Assembly: GCF_018977255.1 (NCBI RefSeq)
Contig: NW_024704743.1
Coordinates: forward strand, 93,932,001 to 93,996,000
Reading direction: 5' to 3'
DNA length: 64,000 nucleotides
From: Callorhinchus milii
Lineage: Eukaryota
The position numbers were made by a program, and so were the translations under genes. Within the stretch, counting starts at the first letter, position 1. Each line of letters begins with the position of its first letter. This document shows, piece by piece, positions 38,701 through 50,700 of this stretch. Below the pieces are notes generated by a model, which did not search any database, was not told the DNA's origin, and saw only the letters and a program-made list of their open reading frames with translations.

Positions 38701-41700
38701 CTGCCATAAGGGTGTGAATTTTAGATTTATAATTTTGACCTGAATGCATCTGTGCACAGAATGTCTGCGCACTGCTGATGCAGCTCACTGTCTTTCCAGG
38801 AATTACCAATACAGTTTACATTTCTAAAAAGCCTTTCGTGTAAGGAGAGAGTCACAAAAGCACTTCATATAGCTAACTGGGGAGGGAGCTGGGAGCAGGA
38901 GAGGCTGTAAGCCTAGCGAAAAGATAAGTCTCATGGAGAGGCGAGGAGGAAGGGGTAATGAGAGGGATTCTGAGATGAAGCTCCAGAGAGCAGGGGCAGA
39001 GTGGCTGAAGGATTTGAACTTTATTTTGAAGTAATCTTAGTGTGTGAAAGGCGCTATACAAATGTAATCGTGTTGTTGTTGTGTGGTTACCAGGGACACA
39101 GAGTGTTGTGGTCTGCTGACAGTTTTGTGTCTTTTCACAGATTGACTTGAAGAGATATGCTGTTCCTTTGGGTAAGATTGTTTTGATTATTTTATGTTTT
39201 TTCCTCTTTCTCTCTACCTCCCAATCCTCCTTTCCTGCCCATTTACTGTGAAATGTAATGACTAAGTACAGTATTTATGGTGTGAAAGTGGCAGCCAATT
39301 TGCATGCAGCGATGTCCCACAAACAGCCTTGAAGTGTTCAACTTTGAGACATCTTCCTGATGTGAAAGGAAGTATAACAAATGCATGGATGACAACAATA
39401 ATAATAATAATAATAATGGAGTCCTGTAGCTCAGTGGTTAGAGCACTCGCCTTGCAAGCGAGACACCTGGGTTCAATTCCAGGCAGGGCAAAAACTTGGG
39501 CAAGTTTCCTCACTGCACACGCCTAATAATAATACCTCCAAAACAAAACAATAATAAATTGGTCATTTTCAATCCACGACTGTTTGTGGGATACTGCTGT
39601 GCACAATTGGCTGCCGCGTTTCGCCCACAAATATACAGTCAATTCACTTTACAGTCTATTCTGTGAAGCGCTTTGAGACATCTAAAAGACGTGAAAAGCG
39701 CTATATCAAATGCAAGGATTAGGATTATTATTATAATAACTTGAGTAGGTTGAAAATTCTATGGAGGAAGTCACTGAGAATATAAAACCTCACAGACAGA
39801 CCCTGAGCACCAGGGCACATGCTGTAAAGCTGCAGTTTGGAGATGCAAATAAATATAGTGACAAATATTGCTAGCTAAAAGTTATTTTAAGATAACTACA
39901 TGAACACTGCAGTCTTTATTTTTGCTTGTCAGATGCTGAAAGTATGCAACTCCTGCAAGGGCCATTTGATCTTGGCAGTCTTTGATACTTTACCCAAGTG
40001 AGCCATTCTTCATATGGGAGCTTGGTCAATGAGCGTTTCAACCTTGTGGGATGTCACAGTTGATCCTGGAACAAAAACAGAGAGAGCTTGGAAAACTCAG
40101 CAGGTCAGGCAGCATCTATGGAGAAAGGAAAGTGAGTCAACGTTTCGGGTCCACGACCCTTCGTCAGAACCCAGAACCCAGTTCTGACGAAGGGTCATGG
40201 ACCCGAAACGTTGACTCACTTTCCTTTCTCCATAGATGCTGCCTGACCTGCTGAATTTTCCCAGCTCTCTCTGTTTTTGTTTCAGATTTACAGCATCTGC
40301 AGTATTTTGTGTTTTGTTTATAATAATAATAATAATAATAATAATAATCCTTGCATTTGATATAGCGCTTTTCACGTCAGGAGGACGTCCCAAAGCGCTT
40401 CACAGAACACACTGTAAAGTGAATTGACTGTATATTTGTGGGCAAACGCGGCTGCCAATTGCGTACAGCAATGTCCCACAAACAGTCGTAGATTGAATAT
40501 GACCAATTTATTATTGTTTTTGGTTTTGGAGGGATTATTATTAGGCTCTGTGTGGAGTAAGGAAACTTGCCCAAGGTTTCGCCCTCTGCCTGGAATTGAA
40601 CTCAGGTCTCTCACTTGCAAAGCGAGTGCTCTAATCACTGAGCTATAGGACTCCACAGTCCTGTAAAACAGAGGTTTTACAGTTAATACTGGGCCTGCCC
40701 TCACATTCTATAGTGGCCACTGGATAATGATTAGCTTTGGGAACCATCCCATTCGCCTGCAAATACACAGTCGTTAAACTTCACAGTAAATAGTGTGAAG
40801 CGTTTTGAGATGTTTCAGTGACGTGATAAGATACTATACCAAATACTATACAAGGGTTATTATTCTTGTTATATTCTTCTTTACCCATAAGATGTTGAGA
40901 TCAATTTTAGAATTACAGGGGATTCAACCTGGGACTTGGCTGGTCCGTACAGATCGTATAATGCATTTACCCACTAGTCCATCACATATCCCCCCCTCCC
41001 CGTCACACGCAAACACACACACACACACACACTACTTTCATTTGGGGTTTATTTGAGAAGCCCTCAGAAAGTTATTGTGGTGGTGTGCGTCTTTCACAAT
41101 TACACCTCGGTCAGGAAGAGGAAATGTAATTAAGATCCATGCAGGGGATCTAAGGCAGCTTTAACTTGCTTTGTTTTCTCTGTGCAGCTGGGTTACGCCT
41201 GTTCACACTGCACTCCAGCCAGTTCGGCACCTGCCTGATGGACAACTATCGAACAGTGTTTGAAAAAATGAAAAAATCGTGTGGCCATACAAACAGTGAG
41301 ATGAAGAAAGCTAGTTATTCCGCACTGGAAAGTTTTCTCAAACAGGTAAGCAGATCTACTTTAACCCATGCAGCTTTATAATGGTTTCTTGGAACATCCT
41401 TAAATCAGGTACACTTCACATGAGTCGATAGAAGCATCTTTAATTAAATACTCAGTAGTTCACATTTGAATACATTGGAATACATTAGAATACAGTACAG
41501 AAACAGGCCATTCGGCCCAACTGTTTATACCGGTGTTTATGCTCCACATGAGCCTCCTCCTGCCCTTCCTCAACTAACCTTCAAGCATAACCTTCTATTC
41601 CTTTCTCCCTCATGTACCTATCTAGCTTTTCCTTAAGTATATCTATGCTATTTGCCTCAACAACTCCTTGTGGTAGCATGTTCCACATTCCCACTATCTG

Positions 41701-44700
41701 TGTGAATAAATTTTTTCTGACTTCCCTATTTGATCTATTTGTGACTATTTTATATTGATGGCCTGTGGTTTTGGTCTCCCCACAAGTGTAAATATCTTCC
41801 CTATGTCTACCCTATCAAAACCTTTCATAATTTTAAAGACCTCTATCAGGTCACCCCTTACCCTCCTCTTTTCACGAGAAAAGAGTCCAAGCATGTTCAG
41901 CCTTTCCTGATAGGTATAACCTCTCAGTTGTGGGATCATCCTTGTGAATCTCCTTTGCACCCTCTCCATTGCCCCTACACCCCTTCTATAATGTGGGGAC
42001 CAGAACTGCACACAGTATCCTAAGTGGGGTCTAACCAAGGTTCCATAGAAGTTTACCATAACTTCCCCGCTTTTCATTTCTATACCTCTAGAAATGAACC
42101 CCAATGCCTGTTTTGCCTTTTTTATGGCCTTATTAACCTGTTTTTCTACTTTTAGTGAATTGTGTATGGGTACCCCTAGATCCCTTTGTTCCTCTACCCC
42201 ATTTAGGTTATTATTTTCCAGGATGTATGTGACTTCCTTATTCCTTCTACCAAAATGTACACCTCACACTTTTCTACATTGAAATGCATTTGCCATTTAA
42301 ATGCCCATTCAGCAAGTTTATTAATGTCTTGCTGTAATTTGTTGCAGTCCTCCTCTGTATTAACTATTCCCCCCAATTTGGTGTCGTCTGCAAATTTTGT
42401 AATTGTACTGCTGATTCCTGAGTCAAATCATTAATGTATATTGTGAACAACAGTGGTCCCAATATCGATCCTTGTTGAACACCACTGCCCACCCCCTGCC
42501 AGTCTGAGCAGCTACCCTTTACCCCTACTCTCTGTTTTCTGTGTTGTAGTCAATTTGCTATCCATTCTGCTATTTTTCTCCTGACTCCACACGCTCTGAC
42601 TTTATTCATTAGTCTACTATCGAATGCCTTTTGAAAATCTAAATATATTACACCTACCACACTACCCATGTTTACTCATTCTGTTACCCCGTCAAAGAAT
42701 TCGATGAGGTTGGTCAAGCATGACCTTCCTTTTTGAAATCTGTGCTGACTATTCTTTATTATGTTTTCCGTTTCTAGATGTTTTTCTATTACCTCCTTCA
42801 GTAAGGATTCCATTATCTTTCCTACCACCGATGTTAAGCTGACAGGCCTGTAGTTCCCTGGGCTTGTTCTAGCTCCCTTTTTAAATATAGGTATAACATT
42901 AGCTATCCTCCAGCCCTCTGGTACTACTCCCTGCCTCTGCTATCTCTTCCCTCGATTCTTTTAATATACGCAGATGCAATCCATCTGGACCAGGGGTTTT
43001 ATCCTCGCTGAGTTTTGTTAGTTTTTCGATTATATCTTCCCTTCGTATCTTAAATGTATTTGTATTATTTTTGATCTCTTCTTCTACTGTCATGTCCACC
43101 TGATCCGTCTCCCTGGTGAATACTGAGACAAAGTAATTATTTAATATGTCTGCCATTTCGCTGTTGCGGCCTTGTCCGTCCCTTAGCGGCCCTATTCCTA
43201 TTTTGATCTTTCTTTTGTTATTTATATGTCTGTAGAATATTTTACGATTTCTTTTTATATTTCTTGATAATTTAATTTCATAATTCCTCTTTGCCTTCCT
43301 AATTGCTTTTTTGACCTCTTTGTATTCTTTTTTGTCATGCTCTCCCTTGTTGTTTACGTACTTAGTTAACGCCTCTTTCCTGAGTCTCAACTTTGCCCTT
43401 ATGTCTTTATTCATCCATGGTTCTCACTGTGGCTCAGTGGTTAGAGCACTCGCTTTGCAAGTGAGAGACCTGAGTTCAATTCCAGGCAGAGGGCGAAACC
43501 TTGGGCAAGTTTCCTTACTCCATACATCTAATAATAATCCCTCCAAAAAACAAAACAATAATAAATTTGTCATTTTCAATCCATGACTGTTTGTGGGACA
43601 TTGCTGTGCGCAATTGGCTGCTGCGTTTGCCCACAAATATACAGTCAATTCACTTTACAGTATATTCTGTGAAGCTCTTTGGGACGTCTAGAAGACATGA
43701 AAAGCGCTATATCAAATGCAAGGATTATTATTATTATTATTTATCTTTGTCTTGCTTTTTAGCGGAACATATTTTTCCTGGACTCTATTGATCACTGCTT
43801 TAAATGTTTCCCACTGCTGCTCTATCTCTTTGTTTGCCAATATTGTTTTCCAGTTTATTTTCTCAAGTTCCGTTCTCATCCCCTTAAAATCAGCTTTTTT
43901 CCAATCTGTTACCCTGGTCTTTGTCATACTGATGTCCTTCTCAATCATTATCTTAAACCTTATTAAGTTATGATCGCTATTGCCTAGATGGTCCCCTACT
44001 CGTACTTTTCGTATCTGCTGTAGTTCATTTCCCATTACTAAATCCAGCAGGGATTCCTCCCTTGTTGGGCCTCTTACATACTGGGTAAGAAAAGAGTCCT
44101 GTACACATTGAAGGAACTCCACTCCCTTATCCCCTTTACCTACCTCTTCTAGCCAATTTATTTGGGGTAGTTAAAATCCCCCATGATTATTACTCTATGT
44201 ATTTGATGTAAATGCAGTTGCTAGTGCGTAGTGTTGGGCTTACTCAGGGGCTCAGACCTACTGGTTCTATAAAGGGGTTGTTTGGGAACTTGGAGTCCAA
44301 GCTCCTGGTGCCTTAAACCTAAATGCTTCTCTGAACATGTCAGGATCACAAGTATAATGTGCACAAAGTGACTATAGTAAGTCTTATTATACATCATCTG
44401 TGTGCCTGAAGAAAGATCCACATGCAATGGAGTGCTGTTATGACATGATTCTGTATAATGAGAATTTACTTAGAACAATTTGCACTGTTGCACATGCGCA
44501 AAGCAAGAAGTGATGTCGACGACAATGAAATGACCCAGAAGGACTCTATTTTAGCTTCCCGTGCTAAAAAACAATAGGCAACCTCCGGATCATCAGGTCA
44601 CCACAACATTACAATGACCCAGAAGTTGACCATTTTTATTAGTGTGAGGAGCGGACTGGCGTGCAGCCCATGCAATAGCTAGTTGCCTACGAAAGTCATA

Positions 44701-47700
44701 TCCACTATCGCACCTCGCTGTAACCCGGAACCTGGGTTGGGATTTTGTGATTCACGTGGATGGCAAGTCAGCACTTTGTGGAATGCCATCTTTGAAATAC
44801 TGTACAGTGAGACCCGAAGGTTGCACACTTCCACACTACCCTATTTGACAGTTGAACCTTCACTTTTTCAGTTGCTAAAACTTTGTTTATATATTTAAAA
44901 AAATGTCAAGTGAGATCTGAGGGGCTTATAAATCAGCAGGAGTCATCATCATCTTCATTTCAACATTTAAAACACTTAAAAACACTTATTATTCTTTTTA
45001 TTAAAAGAACATCTCATTGGAGCATGATTGGCAGGTGGCTCGTTGGAATCTGGATCTGGAGGGTTGAAAGGAAATGTTTGTATTTGGTGGTGTTATATCA
45101 CACATGTTGCTGCACCACGGCACTTTGCCACAAAATACTAGCGCAAGTATTGATTCTTGTGGGAACTCAGGTACTCACTGTGTTTGCCTGGGGACCTCCT
45201 CTCCTGCCGGAGGTTGAATAGTAAATACCATGTTATGTATCAAACTGTGCTCATTCATTCTATAAATTAACATACAGCGTTAATCTTATGTAGTTCTAAG
45301 CCGCAAAAATATCTCAGCTTCAGTGTCATCCTGGCTCAGTTGGCAGCACTCTCTGTCTCTGAATTAGAAGATTATGGGTTCAAACTCCATGTTGAGACTT
45401 TGTGTGCAATTGTCTAAGCTGCCACTCCAGTGTAATGCTGGATGTTTGCTGCATTGTTTGAAGTGCCATCCTTCGGATCAGACTTTAAACTGTTCACGTC
45501 ACTGTTTGACAAGTAAAGAGAGTTTCTTCTGGTGCCCTGACCAACAATCCCCAGATACAATCGGCCATTCACCCCATGGCTGTTTGTAGGACATTTGCTG
45601 TGGCAAATTGGTTGCCACATGTGCATACAAAATACAGTCATTACATTATTCAGTATGTTTCCAGCCCAACGAGGAAGGAAGCAGTGCTAGATCTAGTTCT
45701 GGGGAATGAAGTGGGGCAAGTGGAGCAAGTTTCAGTCAGGGAGCATTTGGACAACAGTAATCACATCATTAGGTTTAGAGTACTTATGGAAAGGGACACG
45801 GAGCAATCAAAGGTGAGGATATTCAACTGGAAGAGGGCTACTTTCAGTGAGATAAAATGGGACCTAGCCAAGGTGGACTGGAAAGAAAGATTGGCAGATA
45901 AAACAGCTAATGAGCAGTGGGAAAGGAAGCCTTCAAGGAGGAGATAGTTCGGGGACAAAACAAATATATTCCCACAAAGGGGAAAGGTTGGAAATTGTAC
46001 TCCCTATACCCAAGTTCAGGTCATTTATATAGATCAAAAACAGCAGTGGTCCTATACTGACCCCTGGGGAACACCACTGCACACTTCCCTCCAGTCAGAA
46101 AAACAACCGTTCACCACCACTCTCTGCTTTCTGTCTCCCAACCAGTTCTGTATCCATGTTGCTACTATCCCTTTAATACCATGGGCTTCCTATTTTGCTT
46201 ACAAGTCTCTTATGTGGCACTTTATCAAACGCCTTTTGAAAATCCATATAACTACATCAACTGCACTACCTTCGTCCACCCTTTCCGTTACTTCATCAAA
46301 AAACTGTTGTCAGGTTTGTTGAGAGAGAGCGGGGTAGTGGGATTGAATTGGATAGCTCTTTTCAAAGAGACGGCACAGACACAATGGGCTGAATGGCTTC
46401 CTTCTGTGCTGTATAATTCTATGATTCAGTGGTAGTGATACATTTTAGTCATTTCTGTGAAGGTCTTGAAATGAAACATCGTCTTGACGTGAACGGAACT
46501 ATGTATATCAAATGCATAGATGACAACAATAATAGTAACAACTTGGGTAGGGTGAAAATTCTGAAAGCATATTCTCATCTGTCCCATGTGCAGGTTGCGA
46601 TACAAGTTGCGGAAAATGCTCATTTACACAAAGACAAGCTGGAGTACATCATGCAGCAGTTCTATGACATTATCAGGACGCCAGAATCGAGCATGAAAGA
46701 ACTCTCCATCGCCATACGTGGATACGGACTTTTTGCAGCTGTATGGTTTGCTCTTTCATTTCATTTTTATTTAAGATTTAGTGTGCCCAATTATTTCTGC
46801 AATTTTCTCCCCCATTAGGATACTCCTCTCTGCTCCTGATCCCCAGTCACCTCTTGATGGGTACAGTGCGACAACAACAAGATTACATTTGTATAGTGCC
46901 TTTCACGTTGGGAGGACGTCCCAAGGTGCTGGGCGTCCTCCCGACGTGAAAGGCGCTATACAAATGTAATAGTACAGTTCCTTTCTCTTTGACCGTGCCT
47001 TCAGCTCCCCTCTCGACTCTCTTCCCCCTCCTCGCTCCCTCCCTTCCCTCCCCTCACCCTGACCATTTCCCCCCTCCTTGCTCCCTCCCCTCACCCTGAC
47101 CATTTCCCCCCTCCTTGCTCCCTCCCCTCACCCTGACCATTTCCCCCCAATGCTCGGGTCATGACCCAACTGTGCAGCGCCTTGGGACGTCCTCCTGACG
47201 TGAAAGGCGCTTTATAAATGTAATCTTGTTGTTGTTGTTGTTGTTCCATTGGCACTGGTTGCCTGTCAGTACCTGCCTAAGTGCCCATTATTCACAAGTT
47301 GAGTTGAGTTACCAGCCTTGTTTGAGGATATCATATTCGAGCCTAACCTCTCCCCACTCGGCTGCTACACATGCCCACAGTCATTGGGGGGGTGCAATAT
47401 AGCCACAAAGGAGTAGCAGAACTGGGCGTGACATGAGGTTCATATGTTGATCTTTAATCTCTACAATTTGGCTTCTGATTTAGTCCCGGATGGTGGAATG
47501 AAAACCACTTCTATCAAGTAGCGTGGAAGTGAAATGAATTTGGGAAACATCAATCCAGTTGCTGGTGTATAAGCCTACAACAGGATGAAAGTACATAATA
47601 TGTTGAAATGTTTCAGACTTTTGCAGTACTTATTGTTAAGTGTAGTGATTCTTTAATAATAATAATTATTTGGTCACTCAATAATAATTTGGTCACTCAA

Positions 47701-50700
47701 TTCATGACTGTTTGTGGGACACTGCTGTGCCCAATTGGCTGCTGCGTTTCACCCACAAATATACAGTCAATTCACTTTACGGTATATTCTGTAAAGCGCT
47801 TTGAGACATCTAGAAAACGTGAAAAGCACTATATCAAATACAAGGATTACTATTTATATGTCTTTATAGTACTACAGCATCCTTGGTGACTGTTGAATCT
47901 TTATGTTCTTGTTGAATTATTAATAGCCCTGCAAGGCTGTGAACTCGAATGATGTGGACTTCATGTACATCGAGCTGATTCAGCGCTGTAAGCAGATGTA
48001 TCTCACAGAGGCAGACACAGAAGATGATAATGTTTACCAACTGCCCAGTTTCCTAGACTCCATTGCCAGTGTCATCTTTCACCTGGACAAAGTAAGTAAA
48101 TTACATTTTGCCCCGGAAAAATAGCAGACTGCAAAAAACACTGCATAGAGCAACATGTTTGCTATTGTTTAGCAGCTTAAATATTCTCCAGTGAATAACA
48201 ATAGAAATAAATAAGAGCAGACAGCAAGTAATGACCGACTTTGCATGTATTCGTGAAAATGTTTTATGCCATTTTCTACTTTCATTCCACCTCCCAGATC
48301 CCCGGTGTTTACACTCCTGTGCTGGAGCGTCTGCTGGTGGTTCAGATTGATAGCTTCCCACTCTACAGTGCAAGGATGCAGCCGATTTGTTGCCGTTCCA
48401 TTGTTAAGGTGTTTGTTGCACTGGCGGGAAAGGGACCCGTTCTCTGGAACTTTATCAGCACTGTAGGTCAGTCTCACGTTTCCACATCCGCAGCCTCGTT
48501 TGCAGTTACAAAAAGCAGATGAGAATTATTGGTTCTCTGTAACTCGTGTGTGTCTCTTTACCTGCATGTATACAAAATATAGTAGATTCTGGATAACTCG
48601 ACCCTGGCTTAACTCTTCACTGTCACTTAAGTTGTCAGTCATGTTGTCAATATCCCAACTGTTTCATAAATAAACTTAATAAGGCACACCTTTTTACTTG
48701 TCACTCTGCTTAGCATGTAACTTGTTGCATCTGTAGAAATTCATGTAAGCATTCCAATGTAGAATTGATTGGATAACACATCCTGTAAGATGCCGTCTTG
48801 TATCACAGAGGCCTCTGGTCTATTGGAGACAGCGCCTTGGCTTGCCGCCCTATCCTGTGACGGGTGCCAACTCCAGTTGGACGTATACCAGGAGGAATGG
48901 CTGCTGTCATAAAGTGAGACAGCACTGACTTTATGGAAGCATCTTAAAGCATCGTAAAGTCCCAGCCGTGTGTCTGACACATGCGGAAACACATCACCAT
49001 GCTTAAGAGTATCCAAACCAAACTGAATGTTACATGCATATCAGCTATACATGGCCTAAGGTGCATTATTGAGGTAGAGAAGATGAAGCTTTGCTCAACT
49101 TTCTGACTGGATGTTCTTGATGTTAACCAAAATGGGAAAGTGTTCAATTAGTTAGCTTGATGAGCACAACATATGCTTTCTAAAAAGGTTAAACAGAGTT
49201 CATGAGATTGCGTATTTACACAATGTTGTCTTAGTGAGCTAACAATCTTCTGTATTTCAGTGCATCAGGGTCTGATTCGTGTCTGCTCAAAGCCAGTCCT
49301 GCTTCCTGGGGTAAGGAAACATTTTGGGAAATTTCAGCTCATTTTAAAAATGGTTATGGACAATATTTATGTATTCAAATCAAGCTGCCTATTAATTGAA
49401 AATGGTCAGCCATTCCCAGTAAATATATTTGTTCATTCTGTATTTGACATACATTATCATAATCATAAATTTTGTTTCGCCCACAAAATATACAGTCAAT
49501 TCACTTTACATAAAGTATTTTCTGTGAAGCACTTTGAGACAGCTCAACAATGTGATAAGGCGCTATATCAAGTCCAAGGATTATTATTATAATCACTCTG
49601 TGTAAGAACTATACTCTTGTAATCATTGGGTGTTAGACATGTACTCTTGTAATTCTTGCTGTTTTTGATGGCATTCATTTACTCAGGAGGGAACAGGAAG
49701 GTCGGAGTCTGGGCTGCAGCAGCAATCTGCCAGTGAGGTAATGTGGACAGGAAAGTGGAGAGTCCCCTCTTACAAAGACTATTTGGATTTATTCAGAAGC
49801 CTGCTGAACTGTGGTAAAATGAAGGTAAACCAATATGCTTATTGTTGCGACAAGGTTGTCATAATAAGTGTTCTCACATCTGCCCTCGGAACCCGTGAAT
49901 CATCTATTTCAATGTCTCTTATTGTTTCCTTCAAGGAGTTTGGGTTAGTTGACACACTACAGATGATTAATTTGCCCCTGCAGTCGCTTAATCGGCTGCT
50001 GTACGATGAGTTTATTAAATCAATTCTCAAGATCATCGAGAAGTTGGATCTGTCTGTGGAGAAGCAAAATCAGCGTGAAGAAGAGGTACTGGCACAAGAT
50101 TTTTTTATGTAAGCTCATTCGTTGTGTACCTGTGTGTCCTGACACCATCAGTGAAAATGCATACAGGTCTTTGATTCATCCCACATTTCCAAATGTGTAC
50201 ACGTTATCATTTATCAGTGTTCTGCAAACATTTCCAACTTCATCAACAACGAGGTGTTGGAAGGTTAGTGTTTCATTGTGAGCTCTGGTCCTTGCAGGTC
50301 AGTGTGGCACACAACTAACATTCATGTAGTTCAGAGCTTTACTGGGACAGGGATTTTTCCCATTTGGCTCCTGTTATCCCTGCAAACTAAAACCCTAACT
50401 GTGGTACCAGCTGAGCATCAGTAGGAAGCTTGCCAGACAGTGTTCACAAAGGCAAACAATGTGGTTTCAGCTGATTAAACTCCAATAGTACCCAACACAC
50501 ACTGTGGGGTCCCCAAGCCTCGGCTTTCATCAACTTTCACCTAATGCTCTCCTGAATTAGGTAAGCAAGGTGTGTCTCTGGGGAGACTACACATTTGATT
50601 GCAGACACAGGAAAATTTGCATATGGAAGTGATGCAAATGAGGAACTCTGTCTGGTTTGGGGATATATTTAAGTACGACAATGTGATTCTGCATGTGTCA

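Noticed and set aside
47420..47590. Faint resemblance to LF-SINE (GTGAAATGA...TCCAGTT)
   Set aside because: Too short and diverged to support by eye; needs an nhmmer search.
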